From Candidatus Levyibacteriota bacterium (lineage in GTDB: Bacteria > Patescibacteriota > Microgenomatia > Levybacterales > UBA12049), in NCBI GenBank assembly GCA_016182185.1, contig JACOXU010000003.1, positions 57,974 to 121,973 of the forward strand: DNA of 64,000 nt, read 5' to 3'. The position numbers and the translations under genes are program-made. The notes beneath the pieces were generated by a model. That model made no database searches. It was not told the origin of the DNA and saw nothing but the letters and a program-made list of their open reading frames with translations. This document shows, in pieces, positions 36,865-47,690 of this stretch. Each line of letters opens with the position of its first letter. The first letter of the stretch is position 1.

Positions 36865-37971
36865 TTAAAAAACTTTACTATAGTCTTCTCCGGGTCTCAC
36901 ATGCGTACATCTTCCATCCGACCATTTTAAAACTTCCAGAACTTCTCCTGGATCCTCGGGTCTCATTAGAAAGGTTCTATATCTAAACCCATTAAACCAT
37001 GCTTCTGTAAATCTTATTCCGGAATCAAAACTTGAATCTTTTTCTGCGAAATCCTGCATTACAACAACTCCTCCTTTTTTTGCAATTCTTGCAGCTTCCT
37101 CCTTGATTCTTTGCTGATTTATTTGTGTATGTTGATATAATACAGTACTTAGAATCACAGCGTCAAAATATCCATGAAAGGGCTCAGGAAGACCGGCTTC
37201 TAGGAGATCACTTTGCATAAAGCGTACTCTTCTGCTTCTTCTTAAGCGCGACTCTAGTTCTCTTACATTTTTGACTTTATCAAGCTCTTTGGGGTAGAAT
37301 GAACAAGCTACATACCAAGCATTTGCGTCTGGATTTTCAAAATTTTCAGAGTCAACAGCTAGTGCATCTTCTATAGAAATTGGCAAGGAAAGCGATTGAG
37401 AAAAAGATTTACTGTCAGTTTCATCCATAATCGGATCAAACGGTTCTTCGAGATCGATTCCCCTCAATCCATGATTTGCCCCACATCCTAAATCTGCAAT
37501 TCTTAATCCCCCATTTTCTGAAAATAGACGTCCAATAATTGCACGCGGACCTGCATATCTTTGGTAAATCGTCGTGACAGTATCCTTATTTCGTAATATG
37601 TCTGAAAGGGTCTCTTTATGATCCCCAAAGACACGTTTTAACCGACCTGTCCAGTGATCCGAAGCATCAAAATATCTATATGCCAGATGATCCTCACCTT
37701 GCTCAACATAAAGCTGAATGAATTGAACTGCTCTAAACGTTAAATTCACAAAGTGAGTGGGGCTAATTGCTCTTGCGTGATAATGATCGGCAAGAAATGC
37801 AGCTGCTTCAGAATCTGATCCCAAAAGCTCCAACAGTGCAGTGTTAAAAGAGGCTATAGATTTATCATTTCCAGGAGATCTTATTGATTGATCTTTAAAG
37901 GCGTTAACTACCTCGTCAAAGGGTGGATGGCCGTTAAAACTAATTGCTTCCCGTTCAAGATGCCTTACCAT
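36865..37971 (-). CDS. class I SAM-dependent methyltransferase-like protein
   Basis: IADLGCG, FDAVILSTVLY, KKGGVVVMQD. Confidence 0.6.
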   Translation of the reverse strand: MVRHLEREAISFNGHPPFDEVVNAFKDQSIRSPGNDKSIASFNTALLELLGSDSEAAAFLADHYHARAISPTHFVNLTFRAVQFIQLYVEQGEDHLAYRYFDASDHWTGRLKRVFGDHKETLSDILRNKDTVTTIYQRYAGPRAIIGRLFSENGGLRIADLGCGANHGLRGIDLEEPFDPIMDETDSKSFSQSLSLPISIEDALAVDSENFENPDANAWYVACSFYPKELDKVKNVRELESRLRRSRRVRFMQSDLLEAGLPEPFHGYFDAVILSTVLYQHTQINQQRIKEEAARIAKKGGVVVMQDFAEKDSSFDSGIRFTEAWFNGFRYRTFLMRPEDPGEVLEVLKWSDGRCTHVRPGEDYSKVF

Positions 37972-38019
37972 TTCTTATATACTATATTCTACCCAAATAT
38001 ATGCTCGAAGTCTAATGTA

Positions 38020-38310
38020 CTACTTCCAGGTTTCGTAATTTACAAGAGCAGACAAAGTAACTGCGGTTAAGGCACCAGCAGCAGTAAGAAATTTTTCATG
38101 TCCTCTATTCATAGTTCCCTCAAATGATCTAGATGCAAAATAAAGAGAATAAATTGACATAAGTACTGTTGTAAGAGTAAGCATGGCTTTTTCCGCATCA
38201 GTGAGTCCTTCTCCTATGGACAAAACAGGCATTTCTTTAATATTGCCAATAAAATGACCCATGCCTTTCCCCGCCTCTGAAATAGATGATGAAATAATTT
38301 CCTTGTTCAT
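38020..38310 (-). CDS. hypothetical membrane protein
   Basis: 96 aa, two hydrophobic helices. Confidence 0.5.
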   Translation of the reverse strand: MNKEIISSSISEAGKGMGHFIGNIKEMPVLSIGEGLTDAEKAMLTLTTVLMSIYSLYFASRSFEGTMNRGHEKFLTAAGALTAVTLSALVNYETWK

Positions 38311-38351
38311 TTCTTATATTTAAAGTATAATTATAGGTCTAATAATTACAA

Positions 38352-39323
38352 ATGTCAAACTATATAGAAAAAGCTGAAGGCGAAAATAGAAACCAAGTAA
38401 CTGTTGACAAATCTAACCCAAATGGAATTTGGGTTATTAATGCAACTATTCATGGAGAAAAAGTTCCTCCAATTTCTGTATTTAATATTCGCAACAACTC
38501 TCACAAGCCAAATATAGCAAAAGCCTTAGTCTCCGGAGATCCAGTGTGCGCGTTTGGAATTGGGAATTACGGACTTGCAATCGGTATTGAAGATCCTCGA
38601 AGAGGGAGAACACCCCATGTATGGGAGGGATGGTGGAAATTTAAACCAGAAAGACCTTCGGATAATAAAGTGCCAATGCTCTTGCCATGGAAACACTGGA
38701 GCAGGGTCATTGATAAGCGAAAAACTCACCCTAAAGTAAGACCGCTTTTCGAATACGAAAATCTTCAAAGACTTTTTCGAGAAGGGATAGTTTTTCACGT
38801 CAAGGCAGAAACTTTTGATATTGCTCCCCATATAGACTCAAGAGCTTTTATACAAGTTGAGAACGGAAAAAGAATGGTTAGCGTATTATTATGGGATGAT
38901 CCCGATCTTTACGAAGTTGCTGATCTGGCCTATAGACAGGATCCACAAGTAATTGTCGGAATTTCTTCTTATAATCCTCATGGTGAAAACCCAGCATTCA
39001 CATTCGAAGAAGTAATAGATCAAATTAAAAAAACAGGAAGAATAGGATTTAAATATTGCGTAAGGGATAGTCTGTGTGAGGGGTTTGTCAAATCATCTAT
39101 GGCCATTTTTGTCGTAGAAGGAGACCATTTTTACGAGCAAAGGCGAGGTTCGATTTCAGCAGAAAGGTTCCTTGCAGCAACACATCTTAATACATATATT
39201 AGAACTGACGCTGAGCCAAATTACGCAGGAAGAGATCATCCAAAAGAAGAAATGCTTGACTCAAAAGTTGAACTCATCCAGAAACTTGCATATAGGGACA
39301 GATCGCTGAGAAAAAGGACTTAA
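38352..39323 (+). CDS. hypothetical protein
   Basis: 323-aa ORF; no family recognised. Confidence 0.6.
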   Translation: MSNYIEKAEGENRNQVTVDKSNPNGIWVINATIHGEKVPPISVFNIRNNSHKPNIAKALVSGDPVCAFGIGNYGLAIGIEDPRRGRTPHVWEGWWKFKPERPSDNKVPMLLPWKHWSRVIDKRKTHPKVRPLFEYENLQRLFREGIVFHVKAETFDIAPHIDSRAFIQVENGKRMVSVLLWDDPDLYEVADLAYRQDPQVIVGISSYNPHGENPAFTFEEVIDQIKKTGRIGFKYCVRDSLCEGFVKSSMAIFVVEGDHFYEQRRGSISAERFLAATHLNTYIRTDAEPNYAGRDHPKEEMLDSKVELIQKLAYRDRSLRKRT

Positions 39324-39342
39324 TTTATTATATACTAATAAT

Positions 39343-40773
39343 ATGGCCTGGTTTTCGACTGCTCCGAAAACAAAAGACACAATACAATCTCTCTGGAAAT
39401 TAGAAAAAATTATTCTCGATACTCTAGATTTCCGTGAGGTCGTTCAAAAAATTTGTGACAGCGTATTGACTGAGCTGGGTTATCTTAATTTAGGATACAG
39501 AATAATTGTTCTGACTCTTATCGATGAAGAAAAGGGAGTTTTAAAAAGAATTTCATTATCTCAAACTTCAGAGGCCGAAGAAGCTCAAAAAGCCTCAGCT
39601 GTTCCCTTTCATGAAATCGAAATTCCTCTTAATGCTGAAAGTAACTTACTAATTAGAGCTCTTAAAGACGGTAAACCATATGTAACACATCATTGGCCCG
39701 ATATCTTCAGACCCATTCTTACAGATGAGCAAGCTCTAAAAAATCAAACTGCAGCCGGCATCAAAACAAGCATGATCTATCCAGTAATTATAAAAGATAA
39801 GCCTAGTGGAGTACTTATTTTCAGCATGATTAAAGGAGAAGAAGAAGTATTCGAAAATGAACTTGATCTCATCAAAGGATATACAGATGTGGTCGGACTT
39901 GCAGTGCAAAATGCCAAACTTTATACAAACTTGGAAGAAACGGAAAAACAATTGGAGCTTGCTAATATGCGGCTTAAGGAGGTTGATGCCTTGAAGGATG
40001 AGTTTGTCTCTTTGGCCTCACATGAACTTAGAACCCCTATGACAATCATAAAATCCTATGTTTTTATGCTTTTAAATGGGGCCATCGGGGAACTTAATGA
40101 AAGACAAAAAACATACCTTGAGAGGACTCTCTCTTCCACAGAAAGATTAATAAATTTGGTTAATGATATGCTCAATGTTTCAAGAATTGAATCAGGCAAG
40201 CTTACAATCGAAAAAACCCAGACAGATCTTGGAAAACTTATCTTTGACGTCGTAAATGAAATGCAGACAAAAGCCAGGGAGGCAGGTATAAACCTTATCT
40301 ATAATCAGCCGGAGTCGCCTTTAACTGCAAATATTGATATTAATAGGATAAAAGAAGTAATTATAAATCTTATTGGAAACTCGTTAAAGTTTACACCCAA
40401 AGATGGATCAATTACTGTCACGCTTGATCGGCAAGAAAATGATTCAGCTCTTATGAAAGTGGCAGACACCGGCCGTGGAATAAGTGCACAAGACATGGAA
40501 AAACTGTTCAAAAAATTCAATATGGTCGGCCATGGTCATCTGACAAAAGACAAAGGCCAAGGCACGGGACTTGGACTTTATCTTTCTAAATCTCTAGTGG
40601 AATTACATGGTGGAAAAATTTGGGCCCAGTCTCCGGGTGAGGGAAAAGGATCAACTTTTTCTATAATTCTGCCGCTTAATAACAACGGGGTTTCAAAAAC
40701 TACTGAGCAGCCGGCTGATCTTTCTGACCAGACAAATACAAATTTATCTCCCTCACCAAATCAACGGGCGTAA
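39343..40773 (+). CDS. GAF-domain histidine kinase
   Basis: GAF (SMIYPV...GVL...LAVQNAKLY), ASHELRTPM, NSLKFT, DTGRGI, GTGLGL. Confidence 0.92.
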   Translation: MAWFSTAPKTKDTIQSLWKLEKIILDTLDFREVVQKICDSVLTELGYLNLGYRIIVLTLIDEEKGVLKRISLSQTSEAEEAQKASAVPFHEIEIPLNAESNLLIRALKDGKPYVTHHWPDIFRPILTDEQALKNQTAAGIKTSMIYPVIIKDKPSGVLIFSMIKGEEEVFENELDLIKGYTDVVGLAVQNAKLYTNLEETEKQLELANMRLKEVDALKDEFVSLASHELRTPMTIIKSYVFMLLNGAIGELNERQKTYLERTLSSTERLINLVNDMLNVSRIESGKLTIEKTQTDLGKLIFDVVNEMQTKAREAGINLIYNQPESPLTANIDINRIKEVIINLIGNSLKFTPKDGSITVTLDRQENDSALMKVADTGRGISAQDMEKLFKKFNMVGHGHLTKDKGQGTGLGLYLSKSLVELHGGKIWAQSPGEGKGSTFSIILPLNNNGVSKTTEQPADLSDQTNTNLSPSPNQRA

Positions 40774-41092
40774 TTTGACTTTTTATAAGATACCCGTTGG
40801 CAAGGGAAAGGCCCTGATCTATTTCTTCGTTTCTATCAAGGTTCGTCAAGAATATCACTATCTTATTTGGTACTTGGGGCGGCTCTGCTTTTAATTTTTC
40901 CATTATCAAAAGTCCGTTTAAGTGCGGAAGAATAACATCAAGAAGTACCAAGTCGTATCCTCCTTGTTTCATCTTATCATATGCCTCCTGCCCGTCATCT
41001 GTAGTTTCGATTTCATGACCCGCCTCCTTGAGGGTATCCGAGTATAAATCTGAAAGATCTTTTTCGTCTTCAACAATTAAAATTTTAGCCAT
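40700..41092 (-). CDS. single-domain response regulator
   Basis: VEDE, LDVILP, LTN, LIK. Confidence 0.88.
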   Translation of the reverse strand: MAKILIVEDEKDLSDLYSDTLKEAGHEIETTDDGQEAYDKMKQGGYDLVLLDVILPHLNGLLIMEKLKAEPPQVPNKIVIFLTNLDRNEEIDQGLSLANGYLIKSQITPVDLVREINLYLSGQKDQPAAQ

Positions 41093-41137
41093 AAATTAAT
41101 ATTAGCCTAACACTTGAGTTTAAAAAAGTCAATCAAT

Positions 41138-41614
41138 CTACATTTTGGTCATTACCTTAACTACGCCTGAAGCCAAATCAAATTCAAGACTTCTTCCTAC
41201 ATTACCTCCTACGTCTTCTGAATCGATCTTAATTCCATTTGTTGTCAAAAATTCCTCTGTGGCTTTAAGATTTTTCGAACCCAAATCATCTTCGATCCCG
41301 TCTAACATTTTAAACATATGGGCGCCTCCGATAATCTTGGCGGAGACTTTTTCTTTATCAACGCCCACTTTCTCAAGCTCCGAAATAACAACCGGCAAGG
41401 CAGAATTAACAAATCTTAAAGGATTAGTTTGGGTTCCGTCGCTGGGAATTCTAACAGTCTGAGGCAGCATTATATGAGCCAGAGCGCCGATTTTTTTTTC
41501 TTTTTCATATAGACAGATTGCTATACATGAACCGATTCCCTGAGTTGTCAAAACTTGGGGATCGTGTCCGATAGCAAAATCGGATATTTTTACAACAATT
41601 TTATTGCTGTCCAT
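41138..41614 (-). CDS. cheD: chemoreceptor glutamine deamidase CheD
   Basis: GIGSC, LAHIMLP, AKIIGGAHMF, G.KN, EDVGG..GR. Confidence 0.92.
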   Translation of the reverse strand: MDSNKIVVKISDFAIGHDPQVLTTQGIGSCIAICLYEKEKKIGALAHIMLPQTVRIPSDGTQTNPLRFVNSALPVVISELEKVGVDKEKVSAKIIGGAHMFKMLDGIEDDLGSKNLKATEEFLTTNGIKIDSEDVGGNVGRSLEFDLASGVVKVMTKM

Positions 41615-41620
41615 ATAAAT

Positions 41621-42232
41621 TTATTTAGCAATTTTTTTCTTAACTGCATCAAGGATTACTCGTGTTGATTTGGGGTCAAAAAGTAAGTAATATTTTCCCT
41701 CAACCGTATTTTCCTCGTCCCGAAATACTGTCTCAAGAAGCAATACTTTATCCGCTGTTTCACCTAGGTCCGCAATTGTTGTATTAATCACCGCACTTAA
41801 CATATCGGTTGCAATATCCGGAATCGATTGCACCAGAGTAAAATCCAGAAAATCTGCCAACGCATTCAAGGCAGATCCTGACAGTATATTTCCTACCTCC
41901 TTAAGCGCGGATCTATCGGCCTCATCCAAAATTCCATCCCTTTTTGTTCTACCTGTGAGTTGTTCTGTCAGTTTAATAGCGTTTTCGGGATTAAAAAGAA
42001 GCATCATTGTTCCGGGAACATCCCCAATAATTTTAATAAGAACCACTGTGATTACCTGTTCCGAATCCCCCATCATTTCAGATATTTTTTCAATCGGAAT
42101 AAGCTTGAGCATTGGCACTTTTACTTCGAATTTTTTACTCAACATTTTCGACAGTGCCATTGATGCATTTCCCGATCCAATGGTTGCGATTTCTATAAGG
42201 ATATCTTTTTCCATTCCTTCAAGTTGATCCAT
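41621..42232 (-). CDS. cheC: CheY-P phosphatase CheC
   Basis: EIATIGSGNASMALS; SALKEVGNIL (first E-x2-N site appears as E-x2-T). Confidence 0.88.
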   Translation of the reverse strand: MDQLEGMEKDILIEIATIGSGNASMALSKMLSKKFEVKVPMLKLIPIEKISEMMGDSEQVITVVLIKIIGDVPGTMMLLFNPENAIKLTEQLTGRTKRDGILDEADRSALKEVGNILSGSALNALADFLDFTLVQSIPDIATDMLSAVINTTIADLGETADKVLLLETVFRDEENTVEGKYYLLFDPKSTRVILDAVKKKIAK

Positions 42233-43864
42233 TCAATTTGCACCTCCCTTCTCTAAAATTCCCTCAGGACTAATAATTAAGGCTGATTTTCCATTACTAA
42301 GTATCGTTGTTCCAAAAAATATATTACTTCCTCTTAAAATATCTGGAACTGGTTTTAAGAGAGTATCAGTTACTTCTACTATATTGTCGACCGCAAGGCC
42401 TATTTTTTCGTCTCCTATCTTAACTATTACGACCAGTTCTTCCTTTTTCTCCCTTTTCGTCTGGTTCTTTAGATCTTTTAAATTTAATTTTTCATCTAAC
42501 CTGATGAGGGGAACATCTTCATCGTCGAGAACAAATACTTCCTGATCGGCATTTTTTTTGATAAATGATCTGTCAATATCTATAGTTCTTTCGATTACTC
42601 CGGTTGGAATGGCGAAGCTTTGAGAAACGCTTTCAATTATAAGCGTTTTTATGATTGCCAGAGTCAAGGGGAATCGCAAAATAAACGTCGTTCCGTGACC
42701 TTGGGAAATTACATCCAAAGAGCCATTAAAATCTTCAACATTTTTTTTGACTGCTTTAAGTCCTATGCCTCTTCCTGAAACTTCAGTTATTTTCTCGCTC
42801 GTTGAAATTCCCGAGAAAAGTGCATCTTTTAATTTATTTTTCTCCGACATTGGAATATTTGAAATCTTTGAAATTTTTTGCCAATCTATTCCTTTTCCCG
42901 TATCTTCGATACGAACTTCGGCAAATTCACCCTGCCTTGCCGCTCTTACTTTTATCGTGCCTTTTTTCTCAATTCCATGATCAATTGAATTTCTCAATAT
43001 ATGAACCAAAGGCTCTTCGAGTCTTTCAACTATCGTTCTGTCAAGTTCAATATTTTCTCCTTCAATCACAACATCTACTTCTTTTCCTTGCTTGCGTGCC
43101 AGGTCTCTTGCCGCCCTAGGCAAAAAATCAAAAGCAAACTTAATCGGCAAAGTTCTCATTTTCATTATTTTTCTTTGAAGGTTATCTAGATTTTTTTCCA
43201 TCTGAGAGAAAAAATCTCTAAATTCCGGATTGTCTATTTTTTTTAGAGTACCAGCGAGCCTTAGTCTTTGGATTAACACTTCTCCCATGATATTCATAAC
43301 TTCATCAATTTTTTCAACTCTGACGGGAATAATCTTAAGTTCATCAATCTGATTTTTATTGTTCGTGTCTGAATCTATGGCTTGCTTTTCTTTACCCTTT
43401 GAGGATTCGGTAATCTTTTTTGTTTTAACTTCTGACTGAACCCCTTCGTCTCTTCCTGTTGATTTTCCTCCACCTTCTGTTTTGACACCAGTTAATTTTT
43501 TTAGATTATTGATAATTTCCGTATGGTCGACATCCTTTTTTTCTCTTTCGATCTCATCTATTGCCTTTTCAAGAGAGTCAAAGGCTGTAAATAATAAATC
43601 AGCTACCTGAGGATTAAGCTGCATTCTTTTTTTACGTATTTCATAAAAGATATCCTCAACTGTATGACAAAGATAGGCGGTGCTGTCATATTTCATAACT
43701 GCGCTTTGCCCCTTCAAAGAATGAGAACTTCTGAATATTTCCTCTATTGCCTCCTCGTCTTGTGGATTTTTTTCAAGCTTAAGAAGGGAATCATTGAGAG
43801 ACTTAACATACTCCCTGGCAGTTGAAACATATAAATCCTGGAACTCAGACCATTCATCAGCCAT
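42233..43864 (-). CDS. cheA: chemotaxis histidine kinase CheA (no evident P2 domain)
   Basis: IFRSSHSLKG HPt, HILRNSIDHG, SGRGIGL, PLTLAI, CheW-like P5. Confidence 0.93.
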   Translation of the reverse strand: MADEWSEFQDLYVSTAREYVKSLNDSLLKLEKNPQDEEAIEEIFRSSHSLKGQSAVMKYDSTAYLCHTVEDIFYEIRKKRMQLNPQVADLLFTAFDSLEKAIDEIEREKKDVDHTEIINNLKKLTGVKTEGGGKSTGRDEGVQSEVKTKKITESSKGKEKQAIDSDTNNKNQIDELKIIPVRVEKIDEVMNIMGEVLIQRLRLAGTLKKIDNPEFRDFFSQMEKNLDNLQRKIMKMRTLPIKFAFDFLPRAARDLARKQGKEVDVVIEGENIELDRTIVERLEEPLVHILRNSIDHGIEKKGTIKVRAARQGEFAEVRIEDTGKGIDWQKISKISNIPMSEKNKLKDALFSGISTSEKITEVSGRGIGLKAVKKNVEDFNGSLDVISQGHGTTFILRFPLTLAIIKTLIIESVSQSFAIPTGVIERTIDIDRSFIKKNADQEVFVLDDEDVPLIRLDEKLNLKDLKNQTKREKKEELVVIVKIGDEKIGLAVDNIVEVTDTLLKPVPDILRGSNIFFGTTILSNGKSALIISPEGILEKGGAN

Positions 43865-44903
43865 TGGCTACCTCCCTGATTCTATCGGCCATTTTCTCAA
43901 GAGGAACTATCTCGCTTGCCAGTCCATTTTCGACCACTTCTTTTCCCATTCCAAAAACTGCGCTTGATTCTTGATCCTGAACCAAGATTTTTCCTCCTTT
44001 TTCTTTTATTTTTTTGGCACCTTCAAGACTATCTTTTCCCATGCCTGTCAAGACCACGCCTATGGTATTTGAACCAAAAACTGAAGCTGCAGATTCCATA
44101 AGTTTATCTATTGAAGGAGACAAGGTTGATCCTGGATTTTCAGTGACTGAAAGAAAAGGTTGTTCATTCTCATCTAGCATAACTGTCATATTGGCACTTC
44201 CCGGAGCAATGTAGATTACACCCGGCCTTATCTTTTCTCCATCTGCTGCTTGAATTACATTAATATTACACATTTTCTTAAGACGTTTGGAAAGCGTTTG
44301 GGTAAATTTAGGAAGTAAATGTTGTGCAACTAATATTGGGTAAGCAAATCCGCTGTTTATCTTAGGCAAGATTGACTCAAGCGCAATGGGTCCACCTGTT
44401 GATGATCCTATCACGATTATCTTTCCTTGAATATGAGGGAGCGGTTGCTGATCTTGGGGAAAATTTACCTTACCAAGCAAGCTCTTAAGTGTCGCTATAT
44501 TTGTATTGGCCGATGATTTAATCTTTTCAATAAGTTCTCTTTTCTGTATCTCAAAATTGGCAGACATACTGTTTGGTTTTGGAACGTAATCAAGCGCGCC
44601 CTCTTCAAGAAGCTGCATTTCTTTATCTGCCACTTTTTCGTTCACTGATGAAATTAAAATTATGATTGGGCGAGGACTCTTATCCATGATTTGCTTGATA
44701 AATAAACGGGCAGTTTCAATTGAATTACCAACGTCAATTATTACAATATCCGGATTCTGCGTTGAGATTTTTTCAAGAATAAGATTGATATCAAAATTTA
44801 CTTCATCAGTTGTAATTGTTTTTTCAGAAACTATAAAGCTTTGGATAAATTTTCTTATCGCGATACTATCGCTTATAAGTAAAACTTTTATATCTTGTTT
44901 CAT
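43857..44903 (-). CDS. cheB: chemotaxis methylesterase CheB
   Basis: Receiver domain plus GSSTGGP, AQH, PSID, LTGMGKD. Confidence 0.92.
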   Translation of the reverse strand: MKQDIKVLLISDSIAIRKFIQSFIVSEKTITTDEVNFDINLILEKISTQNPDIVIIDVGNSIETARLFIKQIMDKSPRPIIILISSVNEKVADKEMQLLEEGALDYVPKPNSMSANFEIQKRELIEKIKSSANTNIATLKSLLGKVNFPQDQQPLPHIQGKIIVIGSSTGGPIALESILPKINSGFAYPILVAQHLLPKFTQTLSKRLKKMCNINVIQAADGEKIRPGVIYIAPGSANMTVMLDENEQPFLSVTENPGSTLSPSIDKLMESAASVFGSNTIGVVLTGMGKDSLEGAKKIKEKGGKILVQDQESSAVFGMGKEVVENGLASEIVPLEKMADRIREVANG

Positions 44904-45256
44904 TTAGCTGTTATTGATTTTATGGTTTCGATGACTTTATTGGAATCAAATGGTTTGATAATAAAATCCTTTGCGCCTAGGGCCTTTGCTTCTTCGATTA
45001 GTTTTTCCTGACCAGCCGCGGAAATTACTATCACTTTTACTAAATTACCAATCTCCTTAAGTACTGCAACACCGTCTTTCTCAGGCATTATAATATCCAA
45101 GAGAACCAAATCTGGATCGTTTTGGTGATATTTTCTAATAGCCTCTATTCCATCCCCTGCTTCTTCTATCTCGGTTGCATGAATACCCATGCTTAATATA
45201 ATATTCTTAAGAATGCCGCGCATAAAAGCGCTGTCATCAACTATCAGGACCTTCAT
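44900..45256 (-). CDS. cheY: chemotaxis response regulator CheY
   Basis: VDDSAFMR, LDIIMP, SAAGQ, KPF; inside che operon. Confidence 0.9.
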   Translation of the reverse strand: MKVLIVDDSAFMRGILKNIILSMGIHATEIEEAGDGIEAIRKYHQNDPDLVLLDIIMPEKDGVAVLKEIGNLVKVIVISAAGQEKLIEEAKALGAKDFIIKPFDSNKVIETIKSITAK

Positions 45257-45818
45257 TTTTTACACCTCCTTCTGGTAAATTTTTCTCATTTGCCACGTTG
45301 AGAGATTCTTTCAAATCCGAAACTTCAAATAATCTATTAAAATCCAGGATCAAAATAATTCTTTCATTCTTAATCTCTCCTCTCTTCTCTTCTTCTTGGT
45401 TATTTTCGGTTTGAATATAAACTCCTTTTAAATACTTTTCTGATATTTTATTGGTTATGGTGGAGGGAACTGGTTTTATGTCGTCGTCGCGCAATTTTAT
45501 AACTTCTTTCACTTCGTCAACTTGTACTGCAAATTTTATTTTATTTACCTCTACTATTAGAATATGTTTGGGAACAGTATCTGATTCATGAGTCAATTCA
45601 AATTTTTTCTCAAGATCAATAATTGGAATTATTTTCCCGCGAAGATTAATAATTCCTAGCACGAACTCCAAAGATCTGGGAACTGGTGTTATTGGAAGAT
45701 TCTCAACTATTTCGATGATATTATCAACGCTTGATGCATATTCTTCCTTATCCAACGAAAAAACAGTGTACAATTTTAAATTTGAGGCAGGGACGGAAGG
45801 ATTGACTGAATTATCCAT
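45237..45818 (-). CDS. cheW: chemotaxis coupling protein CheW
   Basis: ITPVPRS..FVLGIINLRGKIIPIIDL, VDEV. Confidence 0.92.
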   Translation of the reverse strand: MDNSVNPSVPASNLKLYTVFSLDKEEYASSVDNIIEIVENLPITPVPRSLEFVLGIINLRGKIIPIIDLEKKFELTHESDTVPKHILIVEVNKIKFAVQVDEVKEVIKLRDDDIKPVPSTITNKISEKYLKGVYIQTENNQEEEKRGEIKNERIILILDFNRLFEVSDLKESLNVANEKNLPEGGVKNEGPDS

Positions 45819-45820
45819 AG

Positions 45821-47221
45821 TTATTTCAAACTTCCTGATTCAGCTGGTGATGTTACATGGGAGGTTTCTTCTTGATGAACTTGCATCAAAATATTATTTA
45901 GTTTTTGATCATACGCAGGATCAAGATGTGAATGATTATTGGTTGCATTCTTAGGTCTTTCTTCTTCGAAATTTTTTATTTTTTCCAAATGTTCTTTTGC
46001 TTTTCCGACATGAGCCTGTGTCTCAATGTCAATATTTTCTCCAATTATTTTAGAGTTAAAGCTGTACTCGTCGGTTTCTTCTCCCACCAAATTCTGAAGT
46101 TGTCCGGATAAACCGGCCAGTTGCTGTGTCATGGCTGAAATCTGTTGAGTTGCAGAAACTTGTTCTTGAATAGCACTTGAGATTTGCTCAGACGCAGCAA
46201 CATTTTGTTCGGCGACGGTCGACAGGGAGTTTACTGAGCTTACTATTTGCTGAGTGCTTGCCGATTGTTGCTGAGTGGCAGCTGATATATCCTGCATCCT
46301 GGCTGTGACTTCTTGTGCCATATTCGAGATTTTTGAAAGAGAAGACAGTGCCTCCTGAACTTGGGCTGTGTTTTCTTCTACCACCTTATTTCCTTGTGTC
46401 ATTGATGAAACGGCGTCATTAATCTGCTGTGTGATTGCGGCGATGATTTCTTTTATTTGCTCGGCGGATTTAGCCGATGATTCGGCTAATTTCCTGATCT
46501 CATCCGCAACGACGGCAAAACCTTGACCAGCCTCCCCTGCACGGGCCGCCTCAATTGCGGCATTTAAAGCAAGTAAATTTGTTTCCTCTGCGATTTTGGT
46601 AATTGTCTCGACAATTGCCTCTATATCCTTCGATTTTCCTTCCAAGAGCTTTACTTTTTCAGAAGAATTAACTACTGTAACTTTAAGTTTGTATAATCCG
46701 TTCACTGCTTTTTCTCCCACTTCACCGCCTGACTGAGCAGCCATCGAGGTCTTGCTCGATGCGTCTGCAACTTGAGTAGTCGAAGAGGCAACTTGGGTTG
46801 CCGAATTTGAAATTTGTTCGACAGAGCTTGCAACCTGATCTATTTGCGAGGACTGGTTTTGTGCACCTTCTGAGACCTGTCCTATTGAGGAGCCAATTTG
46901 TTCTCCTGATGAAGCCAATTGCTGGGCATTTGCCGCAAGTTGAAGTGCTGAATTCCGAAGACTCTTTGCTACCAAACGAATTGGCCTTCTTATATATTCA
47001 CTCAAGAAACGGGCTACAGAATAAGAAAGTAAAAAAGCAAAGAAAATCATTACGAAAGTTATAACCTGTATGTAGTTTTTGAGAAGGCTTATTGGAAGCT
47101 CAATTTTGCTTAAGGAGTAGTTAATAATAATAAGAGGGATGATTGAAAAAAATAAGAAAAATAACATGAGTCTTAAGGTAAGACCCATCTTATTTTTGGT
47201 TTTTGAAAAGAGTAACCGCAT
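45821..47221 (-). CDS. methyl-accepting chemotaxis protein
   Basis: [38 protein letters not shown]; two closely spaced TMs. Confidence 0.95.
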   Translation of the reverse strand: MRLLFSKTKNKMGLTLRLMLFFLFFSIIPLIIINYSLSKIELPISLLKNYIQVITFVMIFFAFLLSYSVARFLSEYIRRPIRLVAKSLRNSALQLAANAQQLASSGEQIGSSIGQVSEGAQNQSSQIDQVASSVEQISNSATQVASSTTQVADASSKTSMAAQSGGEVGEKAVNGLYKLKVTVVNSSEKVKLLEGKSKDIEAIVETITKIAEETNLLALNAAIEAARAGEAGQGFAVVADEIRKLAESSAKSAEQIKEIIAAITQQINDAVSSMTQGNKVVEENTAQVQEALSSLSKISNMAQEVTARMQDISAATQQQSASTQQIVSSVNSLSTVAEQNVAASEQISSAIQEQVSATQQISAMTQQLAGLSGQLQNLVGEETDEYSFNSKIIGENIDIETQAHVGKAKEHLEKIKNFEEERPKNATNNHSHLDPAYDQKLNNILMQVHQEETSHVTSPAESGSLK

Positions 47222-47316
47222 CCTATTCTATCATGCTATAGTGAGCAAAAATTGTCAAGGGAAACGCTCAGGTTTCTGTTTGACGCGAAAAATATTTGAT
47301 GATAAGATGATACAAA

Positions 47317-47688
47317 ATGGCAAAAATATTAATTGCAGAAGACGACAAATTTCTTTCCACTGCCTTTCAAGTCAAGTTAACTAAGTTAGGTCATGACGTG
47401 AAAATTGCAGGCGACGGCAATCAAGTTCTTGAGATCCTTAAAACCTTCACTCCGGATATAATTTTGCTTGATCTTATAATGCCTGTAAAAGACGGGTTTG
47501 GGGTTCTTGAGGATCTTAAAGCAAGTAAAACTCTTGAGACAATTCCTGTCATAATTGCTTCTAATCTTGGAGAGAAAGAAGAAATTGATAAAGGTTTGGC
47601 CTTGGGTGCAAAGGATTACATTATCAAAAGTAATCTGTCGTTTGATGAGCTTGATAAGAAAATTAAAGGCTATATAGCTCAAGCATAA
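47317..47688 (+). CDS. single-domain response regulator
   Basis: AEDD, LDLIMP, ASNL; paralog of 34414-34791. Confidence 0.9.
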   Translation: MAKILIAEDDKFLSTAFQVKLTKLGHDVKIAGDGNQVLEILKTFTPDIILLDLIMPVKDGFGVLEDLKASKTLETIPVIIASNLGEKEEIDKGLALGAKDYIIKSNLSFDELDKKIKGYIAQA

Positions 47689-47690
47689 AT

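Noticed and set aside
36865-37971. Methyltransferase as the missing CheR
   Set aside because: Has a generic DLGCG motif, not the CheR WSAGCSTGEE or CRNVLIYF signatures.
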